64,000 nucleotides of DNA, taken from the IMG/VR virus record IMGVR_UViG_3300028416_000485, one strand, 5' to 3'. This document shows, piece after piece, positions 1 to 8,427 of the stretch. This DNA comes from a virus. A program made the translations under genes and the position numbers. A model generated the notes under the pieces. It made no database searches, had not been told where the DNA came from, and saw only the letters and a program-made list of their open reading frames with translations. Every line of letters starts with the position of its first letter. The first letter of the stretch is position 1.

Positions 1-1011
1 GCACTAGTAGATGCTGGGCTTTCTAATGGCGACGAAACAACTCGTGTAGCCATTGAAACACTTGTAACTACTAACATGGTTACAGTAGCAGGCGAAGTGA
101 AAAACTTTAATGTAGACAATATAAAGCAGATTATTCGTGATAAAGTCAAAGAAATCGGTTATGAACAGGAAGGGTTTCATTGGGATAACCTGCGTATCTA
201 CAATGAGATTCACTCACAAAGTGGAGATATTGCGCTAGGCACAGATGACTTTGGTGCAGGAGATCAAGGCTTGATGTTCGGATATGCCTGTAATCATACA
301 CCCAGTATGATGCCAGCACCTATCCATTATAGTCATGAGATACTAAAGAACTTGAAAAGCAAACGTGGAGCTATACTAGGACCAGATGCTAAAAGTCAAG
401 TAAGCGTAGAGTACTATGGTGCTAGACGTGACGGTGTGATCAAACGTATTGATCAAGTTGTGATAAGTACACAGCACACAGAAGGCAACGTAGAAGAAGC
501 AAGGCATCTTTGTAAACTTGCCGCAATGGAAGAATTAGGAGACTTAGTCGATGAAAGAACTACATGGCATCTTAACCCTACTGGAAATTTCGTTATTGGT
601 GGTCCTGACGGTGATGCAGGTGTTACTGGGCGGAAAATTATTGTTGATACTTATGGGGGTTTTGCTCCTCATGGTGGCGGTGCGTTTAGTGGCAAAGATC
701 CAACAAAAGTCGACAGAAGTGCCGCCTACATGGCACGATGGCTCGCCAAGAATGTAGTAGCAGACAGTATGGCAGACTGGTGTAATATCCAGTTAAGCTA
801 CGCTATCGGTGTTAAAGAACCTACAAGTATCTATGTTGATTCAAACGGACACAATGCTAGTATTGCTAGGTTTATTGAACGTGAGATTGATTTAACTCCA
901 AAAGGAATCATTGACAGATTCAATTTATTCAAGTATAATAAGTATAGCGAAAACTGTACATATGGACACTTTGGTGACAAAGATGTACCATGGGAGGATA
1001 TTGGATGGTAA
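1..1011 (+). CDS. metK: S-adenosylmethionine synthetase, 5'-truncated by the window
   Basis: GAGDQGLMFGYAC, PDAKSQVS, NPTGNFVIGGPDGDAGVTGRKIIVDTYGG, GGGAFSGKDPTKVDRSAAY, YGHFG; frame is open from base 1 (ALVDAGLSNGDETTRVAIETLVTTNM). Confidence 0.97.
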   Translation, partial: ALVDAGLSNGDETTRVAIETLVTTNMVTVAGEVKNFNVDNIKQIIRDKVKEIGYEQEGFHWDNLRIYNEIHSQSGDIALGTDDFGAGDQGLMFGYACNHTPSMMPAPIHYSHEILKNLKSKRGAILGPDAKSQVSVEYYGARRDGVIKRIDQVVISTQHTEGNVEEARHLCKLAAMEELGDLVDERTTWHLNPTGNFVIGGPDGDAGVTGRKIIVDTYGGFAPHGGGAFSGKDPTKVDRSAAYMARWLAKNVVADSMADWCNIQLSYAIGVKEPTSIYVDSNGHNASIARFIEREIDLTPKGIIDRFNLFKYNKYSENCTYGHFGDKDVPWEDIGW

Positions 1012-1562
1012 AAAAATATTACAGCTGGAATGATGTTCATGATACAGCTACTAGCATAGCAATGCAAATGTATAAAGACAACTGGCGTCCTGATTATATT
1101 GTAGGTTTAAATAGAGGTGGATTACCGCTAAGTGTTATACTAAGTCATCTAACTGATTGTAACCATTATGCATTAGATGTAAGACTGCGAGATGGCAGTG
1201 GGCAAGGTCCTGAAAGTAACTGTTGGATGGCAGAAGATGCATTCGGATATGTGTCAGAGTTAGACCGTGACGGCATTATGGAAAATGTAAAAAGCGATTC
1301 AAATGCAAAGAAAAACATTCTCATTGTAGATGACATCAACGATACTGGTGCTACGTTTAACTGGATCAAACAAGACTGGCAAAGTAGTTGTTTGCCTGAT
1401 GATCCTAACTGGAATACTATATGGGGACAGAATGTTCGCTTTGCTGTAATGACTGAAAACTTGAGCAGCGGATTTGGCGAAGTACAGTATCACTGGGACG
1501 AAGTTAATAAGGTAGAAGAAGATGTATGGTTAGTATATCCATACGAAAAACAAGGAAGATAA
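1005..1562 (+). CDS. Type I phosphoribosyltransferase (xanthine/hypoxanthine PRT-like)
   Basis: IVGLNRGGL, PRPP-binding motif ILIVDDINDTGATF, C-terminal WLVYPYE; ATG 1005 follows GGAGG. Confidence 0.85.
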   Translation: MVKKYYSWNDVHDTATSIAMQMYKDNWRPDYIVGLNRGGLPLSVILSHLTDCNHYALDVRLRDGSGQGPESNCWMAEDAFGYVSELDRDGIMENVKSDSNAKKNILIVDDINDTGATFNWIKQDWQSSCLPDDPNWNTIWGQNVRFAVMTENLSSGFGEVQYHWDEVNKVEEDVWLVYPYEKQGR

Positions 1563-1563
1563 G

Positions 1564-1695
1564 ATGAGTTGCGGTTGCGGAAGATCGCCAACAGGTAGAT
1601 GTATTGGTTGGCATAGTTTGACAGAAAGCGAATATCGTGTTAAACTAGAAGAGTATAACAAAAGACAAGCATTAAAGGAGAAAAAAGATGCGTGA
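1564..1695 (+). CDS. 43-aa CDGSH-like (3Cys-1His) metal-binding mini-protein, absent from the ORF track
   Basis: Manual translation MSCGCGRSPTGRCIGWHSLTESEYRVKLEEYNKRQALKEKKDA*; it fills the gap between two genes exactly. Confidence 0.7.
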   Translation: MSCGCGRSPTGRCIGWHSLTESEYRVKLEEYNKRQALKEKKDA

Positions 1696-1888
1696 ACAAC
1701 TAGTTAAGGCAGCTCGTATGCATGCCGAAGGAGAGCTTGAAAGAGCAAAAACAAACATCTTGGTGTATATGCATCAGAGTGTTGGCATTGGTGAACACAG
1801 CGATATTGTTGAAGCTATTCAAGAAGAACTTGATAAAATGGCTGCGGCAACTGATCGTATTGAAATGCTAAATGAACATTTTGGTTGA
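1688..1888 (+). CDS. Conserved phage hypothetical protein (GIGEHSDI motif)
   Basis: AAGGAG SD; 66-aa helical protein resembling small marine myovirus proteins. Confidence 0.75.
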   Translation: MREQLVKAARMHAEGELERAKTNILVYMHQSVGIGEHSDIVEAIQEELDKMAAATDRIEMLNEHFG

Positions 1889-1913
1889 CAAAAACCTAAA
1901 TACATTATATTAT
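1885..1913 (+). promoter_or_regulatory. Sigma70-type promoter for folE-queE
   Basis: TTGACA(1885-1890)-17 bp-TATTAT(1908-1913). Confidence 0.7.
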
Positions 1914-1917
1914 AAAA

Positions 1918-1945
1918 TATAGACATCCTCGTCTATAACTCGGAG
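1918..1945 (+). promoter_or_regulatory. 5' leader hairpin upstream of folE (possible pseudoknot with the SD)
   Basis: TATAGAC-ATCCTC-GTCTATA 7-bp stem, followed by ACTCGGAG. Confidence 0.4.
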
Positions 1946-1951
1946 AAACAA

Positions 1952-2683
1952 ATGGAAGATAAAAATATTGGACTTGACACTGATACTGTGGCTACAGTGA
2001 AAGTAAGTGAAGTCGTACGTGAAAGACTAAGAAAAAACAATGTACGTTTTTTTGCTAATGATAATATCAGCGAACATATTAGTGAGTTTGAATTACAAGA
2101 GATTCAGAACGAACTAACATACAAGTTTCAAGATGTACTGGAAACATTGATTATTGATACAGACAATGATCCTAACAGCGAAGGCACTGCAAAGCGTCTT
2201 GCTAAAATGTATATCAATGAGCTTATGAGTGGTAGATACTTTGCTCAGCCAAAGGCTACTGCATTCCCCAATCACGATGAAGATCGTTATGAAGGAATGT
2301 TGGTAGTACGTAGCGAACTAAAAAGTGTATGTTCGCATCACCATCAGCCAGTAGCTGGTATTGCGTACATTGGTATTATTGCAGCAGACAAACTGATTGG
2401 ACTAAGCAAATACACACGTATTGCACAATGGTGTGCTAGACGTGGCACACTACAAGAAGAACTGGCTGGTGATATTGCAAAGCAAATACAAAAAGCCACA
2501 GGTGCAGAACACTTAGGTGTTTACATTCAAGCAACACACGGTTGTTGTGAGAATAGAGGCATTATGGCACATAGTAGTTTAACACAAACAAGTGTGCTAA
2601 AAGGTGCATTTAAAACCGATCCTGGTACAAAGAAAGAATTCTTTGACAACATCAAACTCCAACAGGAGTTTGCACCAAGATGA
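1952..2683 (+). CDS. folE: GTP cyclohydrolase I
   Basis: TAKRLAKMY, SVCSHHHQP, LIGLSKYTRI, ARRGTLQEEL, QATHGCCENRG. Confidence 0.95.
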   Translation: MEDKNIGLDTDTVATVKVSEVVRERLRKNNVRFFANDNISEHISEFELQEIQNELTYKFQDVLETLIIDTDNDPNSEGTAKRLAKMYINELMSGRYFAQPKATAFPNHDEDRYEGMLVVRSELKSVCSHHHQPVAGIAYIGIIAADKLIGLSKYTRIAQWCARRGTLQEELAGDIAKQIQKATGAEHLGVYIQATHGCCENRGIMAHSSLTQTSVLKGAFKTDPGTKKEFFDNIKLQQEFAPR

Positions 2684-3636
2684 TAGCACCAGTATTTGAA
2701 AAAGGTTATCCTGACTATGAAGCAGTTAATAGAAAGACATCTATGAAACTAAGATATTCAGAAGCATTTTATAGTGTGCAAGGCGAAGGCAAGTTTGTAG
2801 GAGTACCCAGTGTATTCCTACGCACCTTCGGTTGTAACTTTCGTTGTATGAACTTTGGCTTAAAGAACGAGCCAATGCGTGATGTAAAACAAAAAGCAGG
2901 CATTATTCATAATGCCGAAGTACAAGGATTACTTGACGCAGGTGTACATGAAACAACTAAAGAGTTTACAGACCTGCCTATTATCCACACAGGTTGCGAT
3001 ACATATGCAAGTATCTATCCAGAGTTTAAACACTTTAATCGACAAGCAACTGTAGATGAAGTAGTTGAGCATTTACTTTCACTTACTCCTAACGGTAAGT
3101 GGGTACAAGACAATGGTCAAGATGTACACTTGATCATGACAGGCGGTGAACCGTTGTTAGCGTGGCAACGGCTTTACGTAGAGCTGTTTGAACATCCACG
3201 TATGCAGGATTTAAGGAACATCACATTTGAAACAAATACTACACAACATTTACACGACGATCTCTACAACTATCTCAACGACAGCGACAGACTTACAGTC
3301 ACTTGGAGTTGTTCCCCAAAACTTAGTGTCTCAGGAGAACCTTGGGAAACTGCTATCAAGCCTGATGTTGCTCGTGAGTATACTCGGGTTGACGGTAGCG
3401 AACTTTATCTTAAGTTTGTTGTGGCTACTGAAGACGACTTTATCGAAGTTAAAAGAGCTGTTAGTGCTTACCAAGATGCCGGGGTACAATGTCCAGTATA
3501 TCTTATGCCAATGGGTGGACGCAGTGAAGAATACACCCTCAATGTTAAAGACGTTGCTGAAGCGTGTATGGCAGAAGGATGGCGATTCACTCCAAGACTC
3601 CACATTAGCCTATTCGGAAATGCCTGGGGAACTTAG
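2680..3636 (+). CDS. queE: 7-carboxy-7-deazaguanine synthase (radical SAM) with a split Cys motif; alternative start 2743
   Basis: EAFYSVQGEGKFVGVPSVFLRTFGCNFRC...GCDT, MTGGEPLL, FETN, SCSPKL, RFTPRLH; adjacent to folE. Confidence 0.9.
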   Translation: MIAPVFEKGYPDYEAVNRKTSMKLRYSEAFYSVQGEGKFVGVPSVFLRTFGCNFRCMNFGLKNEPMRDVKQKAGIIHNAEVQGLLDAGVHETTKEFTDLPIIHTGCDTYASIYPEFKHFNRQATVDEVVEHLLSLTPNGKWVQDNGQDVHLIMTGGEPLLAWQRLYVELFEHPRMQDLRNITFETNTTQHLHDDLYNYLNDSDRLTVTWSCSPKLSVSGEPWETAIKPDVAREYTRVDGSELYLKFVVATEDDFIEVKRAVSAYQDAGVQCPVYLMPMGGRSEEYTLNVKDVAEACMAEGWRFTPRLHISLFGNAWGT

Positions 3637-3711
3637 ACAATATAAAAACGCACAACACGAAAAGGCTATGAAGGCGCCTATCGATCAAGACGCACTTAGA
3701 AAGGCAGGACT

Positions 3712-4116
3712 ATGAAACAATGGCTTAAAAAAGTATCAGGTATAGAAGCAAAAGAAAAAGAACTTGCTGAACAAAAGGCTGCACTAGAAGCTGAATCTGA
3801 TAAAAAACTAAAAATTAAAGATCCGAAGGCATATGCTACTAAAAAGAAAGAACCTTGGGTTAATGTTCTTGATATGAAAGTCAATGAAGATAATATACGT
3901 AATGGCTTTTTTGAACTTGATTGGAACAAATACTTTATTGAAGAACTTTTAACAGCAGGTTATGGCAGCGAGGGTGATGTTGAAGAAGAAATTGTAGACC
4001 GATGGTTCAAAGATATAGTTTATAATATGCTTCAAGAAGAAGGGCAAGATACCAATCGAGGTGCAGGTTATATTAATGTTGTGCCAATTGATAAAGGTAA
4101 AAGCGAAGTATCGTAA
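3712..4116 (+). CDS. Conserved phage hypothetical protein
   Basis: 134-aa ORF with KKKEPWV...GFFELDWN...IVDRWF motif; in operon. Confidence 0.7.
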   Translation: MKQWLKKVSGIEAKEKELAEQKAALEAESDKKLKIKDPKAYATKKKEPWVNVLDMKVNEDNIRNGFFELDWNKYFIEELLTAGYGSEGDVEEEIVDRWFKDIVYNMLQEEGQDTNRGAGYINVVPIDKGKSEVS

Positions 4117-4119
4117 TGG

Positions 4120-4148
4120 TTGACAACTCGTACAAAATCGTATACAAT
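4120..4148 (+). promoter_or_regulatory. Sigma70-type promoter for the RNase H gene, overlapped by TCGTA repeats
   Basis: TTGACA(4120-4125)-17 bp-TACAAT(4143-4148). Confidence 0.75.
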
Positions 4149-4180
4149 CGTACATATACAAACCATATAGAGGTAAACTA

Positions 4181-5167
4181 ATGGCAACTTATATTCTTGT
4201 AGATACAGCTAACACATTCTTTCGTGCAAGACACGTAGTACGTGGCGATGTAGATACTAAACTTGGCATGGCACTACACATTACACTTAACAGTGTAAAG
4301 AAAGCATGGACTGACTTTAAGGCAGATCATGTTGTGTTTTGTTTAGAAGGTCGTAGTTGGCGCAAAGATTACTATGAGCCTTACAAGCGCAACCGCAAAG
4401 AACATCGAGATGCACTTACTCCTGCACAGCAAGAAGAAGATACATTATTTTGGGAAATCTTTGACGAGTTCAAAGACTTTGTTGGTAGCAAGACTAACTG
4501 TACAGTAATGCAAAATCCTGTACTAGAAGCAGATGATCTTATTGCAGGTTGGGTACAAGCACATCCTAATGACAATCATGTTATTATCTCTACAGACGGT
4601 GACTTTGCACAACTTATTGCACCTAACTGTAGACAGTACAACGGGGTAAGTAATACTACTATTACAGTAGAAGGATACTTTGATGACAAAGGCAAGCCCG
4701 TGTGCGATAAGAAGACAGGAGAACCTAAGCCTGCTCCACACCCTGAATTCATGTTGTTTGAAAAGTGTATGCGTGGCGACACTAGTGACAATGTGTTTAG
4801 CGCCTATCCAGGTGTTAGAAAAAAAGGTACAAAAAACAAAGTTGGACTGATTGAAGCATTTGACGACAAACAAACAAAAGGCTTTAGTTGGAACAACATG
4901 ATGCTACAACGTTGGACTGACCACGAAGGTGTAGAGCATCGTGTGCTTGATGATTACACACGCAATGTTGTACTATGTGATTTGACTGCACAACCCGAGC
5001 ATATTAGACAAGAGATAGATAACACTATTGCACAACATGCAGTACCCAAAGACGTTAAGCAAGTAGGTATGCGTCTTATGAAGTTCTGTGCTAAGTGGGA
5101 TATGCAACGTATTGCAGACCAGGCAGCAAGTTATGCAGACCCATTACAAGCGAGATATCCACAATGA
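4181..5167 (+). CDS. rnh: T4-type RNase H / 5'-3' exonuclease (FEN family)
   Basis: ILVDTAN, SWRKDYYEPYKRNR, LEADDLIA, ISTDGDFAQL, MRGDTSDNV; GAGG SD. Confidence 0.88.
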   Translation: MATYILVDTANTFFRARHVVRGDVDTKLGMALHITLNSVKKAWTDFKADHVVFCLEGRSWRKDYYEPYKRNRKEHRDALTPAQQEEDTLFWEIFDEFKDFVGSKTNCTVMQNPVLEADDLIAGWVQAHPNDNHVIISTDGDFAQLIAPNCRQYNGVSNTTITVEGYFDDKGKPVCDKKTGEPKPAPHPEFMLFEKCMRGDTSDNVFSAYPGVRKKGTKNKVGLIEAFDDKQTKGFSWNNMMLQRWTDHEGVEHRVLDDYTRNVVLCDLTAQPEHIRQEIDNTIAQHAVPKDVKQVGMRLMKFCAKWDMQRIADQAASYADPLQARYPQ

Positions 5168-5637
5168 GCATGAAAGCTAAACCTGTACTAGAAAATAAAT
5201 TTTGGATTGTTGAAGAAGAAGGAATGCGAGTTGGTACTCTTTCAAAAAACGATGACGGATTTGTTGTTAGTCAAAAAGGTTCTGTTAAGTTTTATAAAAG
5301 TGAAAACCAGTTGAAAAAAACATTTGGTAAGAACTTTTTAATTGCAAATATTAAAAACAAAAAATCACTTTCAAGTAAAGAAGTACACGGATATCCAACA
5401 CGTACTACTCCTTACAATAGTATGTATGACATCAAACATAAACTACCATTGTTTACTAAAAGTAAAAAATCTAAAAGTGTATATTGTGCCGGTTACTATC
5501 TTGTTAAGTTTAATGTTAACTGGCTTAAAAGTTACTGTCCAAAGCTAATTACTATTGAACGTAACGAATACTCAGGTCCGTATAAAACTGAGCTAGAAAT
5601 GAAAGTAGCACTAAGTAATGTCAACAGAGCCAATTAA
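5164..5637 (+). CDS. Phage hypothetical protein
   Basis: ORF with ATGA coupling to rnh; LPLFTK...YCAGYY...CPKLIT motif. Confidence 0.65.
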   Translation: MSMKAKPVLENKFWIVEEEGMRVGTLSKNDDGFVVSQKGSVKFYKSENQLKKTFGKNFLIANIKNKKSLSSKEVHGYPTRTTPYNSMYDIKHKLPLFTKSKKSKSVYCAGYYLVKFNVNWLKSYCPKLITIERNEYSGPYKTELEMKVALSNVNRAN

Positions 5638-5860
5638 TACAATGCCTATACAGCAACTAATCCAAATGGTTAAAGTTGCTGAACAAAGTAAAGCAAGAGA
5701 AGTTAGACTCGATATAAATCAAGCAAAAATACTAGCACTTACATTAGGCGAAGTTATGGCAAGACTGCATGGAGATTTAGAAAAAATCATTGATAGCAAA
5801 CTTGAAAAGCTCAATGATGATCAAGTTATTGAAGTAAACATGGACTCTGGGGCTTGGTAA
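5618..5860 (+). CDS. Phage hypothetical protein
   Basis: 80-aa ORF in operon. Confidence 0.6.
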   Translation: MSTEPINTMPIQQLIQMVKVAEQSKAREVRLDINQAKILALTLGEVMARLHGDLEKIIDSKLEKLNDDQVIEVNMDSGAW

Positions 5861-5863
5861 AAA

Positions 5864-5871
5864 GATAAATA
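5864..5871 (+). promoter_or_regulatory. T4-like late promoter
   Basis: Intergenic GATAAATA about 30 nt before an AAGGA SD and ATG 5900. Confidence 0.5.
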
Positions 5872-5899
5872 TATGCGTAGTTAATAAAGGACACGCATT

Positions 5900-6187
5900 A
5901 TGAGTAGACCAAAACCAGTTGTTAGACTTGAATATACCAATAAAGTTACCTATAAATGTGAACAGATTTTAGATGCAGAAGCTATTTGGGCAGTTTTTTA
6001 TCAAGACAAACCATTTAACTTAAAAAGTTCAAATGCATTAACCAACTATCCTGGTCCTAAATACAAAAAAACTAGTTTCTCAAATCCTGGACATGCACAT
6101 AATCTAGCCAAAAAACTAAACTCTACATTTAACTGTAATGACTTTTCGGTATATATGTTATCCGAAGGTGAGAAGTTGTTTGACTGA
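5900..6187 (+). CDS. Conserved phage hypothetical protein
   Basis: MSRPKP...YPGPKYKKTSFSNPGHAHNLAKKLN; AAGGA SD. Confidence 0.7.
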   Translation: MSRPKPVVRLEYTNKVTYKCEQILDAEAIWAVFYQDKPFNLKSSNALTNYPGPKYKKTSFSNPGHAHNLAKKLNSTFNCNDFSVYMLSEGEKLFD

Positions 6188-6566
6188 TAAAGTTACCTAT
6201 ACCAAACTTTTTTTAAAAGAACTTGAAAAAAGTTATAATGATATAAATGTAAAAGAATACATGCCATTATGGTGGCAGAATACACGAACCAAAGGCAATG
6301 GCGGACTAAGACTTACTGAAGAAGGATTTGATGTTATCAATCAAATTGGTATTACTACATACGATATACCGTATCCAAGAGATATTCCTTTAACTACACA
6401 GATTATAATACATCTTGATAAGTTTATAACTTGTCCATATTATCTTACAAATCGAAGCATAACGGTTACAGACGAACGTAAAGCAATAGAGCTTGGTCTG
6501 TTTAGTGGCGACTTGCGTAAGTATGGACTTACTAAAGCTATGAACAGAAGTAAAGATGCGAATTGA
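6180..6566 (+). CDS. Phage hypothetical protein (likely TTG start at 6180)
   Basis: ORF 6138-6566; TTG 6180 follows AAGGTG; GGLRLTEEG motif. Confidence 0.6.
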   Translation: MTDKVTYTKLFLKELEKSYNDINVKEYMPLWWQNTRTKGNGGLRLTEEGFDVINQIGITTYDIPYPRDIPLTTQIIIHLDKFITCPYYLTNRSITVTDERKAIELGLFSGDLRKYGLTKAMNRSKDAN

Positions 6567-6786
6567 TCTACACGGCTTGCATATTCATATAGGATGGCAA
6601 CATTTTAATCAACAAATAGAAGAAGCATATCTTAGCGGATACAAAAAATGTCATGTAGTTACCGGACAAGGTGCTATGATGCGTGAAATACACACGTGGG
6701 CAAGCAATCATTCACGAATTAGAGAATGTGTTCAAACCAAACATAATCCTGGAAGTTTTAGTATAAAGTTGAAAAAAAGAGGTTGA
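6556..6786 (+). CDS. Stand-alone Smr/MutS2 C-terminal domain endonuclease
   Basis: IDLHGL, HVVTGQG and NPGS are the Smr-domain motifs. Confidence 0.8.
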   Translation: MRIDLHGLHIHIGWQHFNQQIEEAYLSGYKKCHVVTGQGAMMREIHTWASNHSRIRECVQTKHNPGSFSIKLKKRG

Positions 6787-6819
6787 CTTCTGTAGTACTT
6801 GTGTTATATTAAGTGTATA
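6783..6819 (+). promoter_or_regulatory. Early sigma70-type promoter
   Basis: TTGACT-16 bp-TATATT with TGn extension, followed by AAGTGTATA. Confidence 0.6.
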
Positions 6820-6844
6820 GGGCAAATACACAAAGGGCAATACA

Positions 6845-7228
6845 ATGTACGATTATAGCGACGATATCATCTCCGATCTTCACAAAGACGCACGTGGGTT
6901 CCGTCCTGGTGAATACTTCTGGGAGGAATGGACACAATCTCCAGCTAATACTAAACAGCGTATTTGGGATATGTTGTGCGACGAACTAGAGCGCAACAAC
7001 ATTGCCGAAAAGGCTGCTGAAGAGCAGGCTATTGTTAGTTTCCGCAAAAGTGTAGCAGGTGTTATGAAGGTTGCTAACTGCAACTGGAAATCTGCACTGC
7101 GGCACCTAGCTGTTGCTGAAGACTGCAACATCGAAGAAAACAGTCAAGAGTTTGATTACTTTCTTTGGTTGCAAGGCATTGGTTATAGCGATCGAAAAAA
7201 TATCGCAAAACTTTACTTTAAAGGTTGA
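6845..7228 (+). CDS. Phage early hypothetical protein (SDLHKDARGFRP family)
   Basis: N-terminal SDLHKDARGFRP motif recurrent in myovirus early genes; own promoter. Confidence 0.7.
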   Translation: MYDYSDDIISDLHKDARGFRPGEYFWEEWTQSPANTKQRIWDMLCDELERNNIAEKAAEEQAIVSFRKSVAGVMKVANCNWKSALRHLAVAEDCNIEENSQEFDYFLWLQGIGYSDRKNIAKLYFKG

Positions 7229-7261
7229 CACTAATAGCAGTTAATGCTATTGTACTGTATA
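7225..7261 (+). promoter_or_regulatory. Early sigma70-type promoter
   Basis: TTGACA(7225-7230)-17 bp-TATTGT(7248-7253) with TGn, followed by ACTGTATA. Confidence 0.65.
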
Positions 7262-7293
7262 GGCACTGAAAACAAATCTAAAAGGAATATAAA

Positions 7294-8379
7294 ATGTCAG
7301 ACGTAATTCGCACAGTTTCTCCAAGTAAAGCAAAAAACGCTCTTCGTCATGCAATGCATAAAAAGCGTCCTGTTTTTCTTTGGGGTCCTCCGGGTATTGG
7401 TAAATCCGATATCGTAGAACAAGTTACTAAAACTTTTTCTAACTCTCATCTTATTGATATTCGATTGAGTCTTTGGGATCCAACCGATATTAAAGGCATT
7501 CCGTATTTTGACAGCAACAATGTTAAAATGGCATGGGGTGCACCAAGTGAACTGCCAGATGAAGAAATGGCAGCACAATATGATAATATTGTACTTTTCT
7601 TAGACGAAATGAACTCAGCGGCACCTGCTGTACAAGCGGCTGCATATCAGTTGATTTTGAATCGTCGTGTAGGTACATACAAACTACCAGACAATGTTAT
7701 TATTGTTGCGGCAGGTAACCGTGAAAGCGACAAGGGTGTTACATATCGTATGCCAGCACCATTGGCTAACCGCTTTATTCACCTAGAACTTGCTGTTAAC
7801 TTTGATGACTGGTTCAACTGGTCAGTAGACAATAATCAACACAAAGATGTTGTAGGTTACTTGACGTTTGCAAAAAAAGACTTGTATGATTTTGATCCAA
7901 AGTCAGCAAGCCGGTCATTTGCAACACCACGTAGTTGGTCATTTGTAAGCGAATTGCTCGAAGACGAACTTGACGAAAGTACTACTACTGATTTGGTTGC
8001 AGGTACAGTAGGCGAAGGTCTTGCTGTTAAGTTTATGGCACACCGTAAGGTTGCCTCAAGTATGCCAAACCCAACAGATATTCTTGCAGGTAAAGTAAAG
8101 GAGTTAAAAACTAAAGAAATCAGTGCCATGTATTCCTTGACTGTTTCGCTCTGTTATGAACTCAAAGAATCATCTGATAAAAATGACAAAAAGTTTGATG
8201 ATAAAGTCAATAACTTCCTACGCTTTGCAATGGATAACTTTGACACAGAACTGGTTGTTATGGGTATTAAACTTGCTCTTACGCAATATGCACTTCCTAT
8301 CGATCCAGACGAAGTAGAATGCTTTGATGAATTCCACAATCGCTTTGGTAAGTATATTAAGGCAGCGCAACAAGTTTAA
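7294..8379 (+). CDS. MoxR-like AAA+ ATPase
   Basis: Walker A GPPGIGKS, Walker B LFLDEMN, VAAGN, PLANRF, ATPRSW. Confidence 0.9.
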   Translation: MSDVIRTVSPSKAKNALRHAMHKKRPVFLWGPPGIGKSDIVEQVTKTFSNSHLIDIRLSLWDPTDIKGIPYFDSNNVKMAWGAPSELPDEEMAAQYDNIVLFLDEMNSAAPAVQAAAYQLILNRRVGTYKLPDNVIIVAAGNRESDKGVTYRMPAPLANRFIHLELAVNFDDWFNWSVDNNQHKDVVGYLTFAKKDLYDFDPKSASRSFATPRSWSFVSELLEDELDESTTTDLVAGTVGEGLAVKFMAHRKVASSMPNPTDILAGKVKELKTKEISAMYSLTVSLCYELKESSDKNDKKFDDKVNNFLRFAMDNFDTELVVMGIKLALTQYALPIDPDEVECFDEFHNRFGKYIKAAQQV

Positions 8380-8387
8380 GTTGGTAC

Positions 8388-8422
8388 ATAATGGACAGCT
8401 TCGGCTGTCCATTATTCTATTT
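8388..8422 (+). terminator. Intrinsic terminator with C(UUCG)G tetraloop
   Basis: Perfect 12-bp stem ATAATGGACAGC-TTCG-GCTGTCCATTAT followed by TCTATTT. Confidence 0.8.
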
Positions 8423-8427
8423 AAAGG

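Noticed and set aside
3227-3715. 162-aa alternate-frame ORF overlapping queE
   Set aside because: It lies mostly inside queE and has no motif. Only its last ~31 codons (3620-3715) could be a real mini-gene, which is unsupported.
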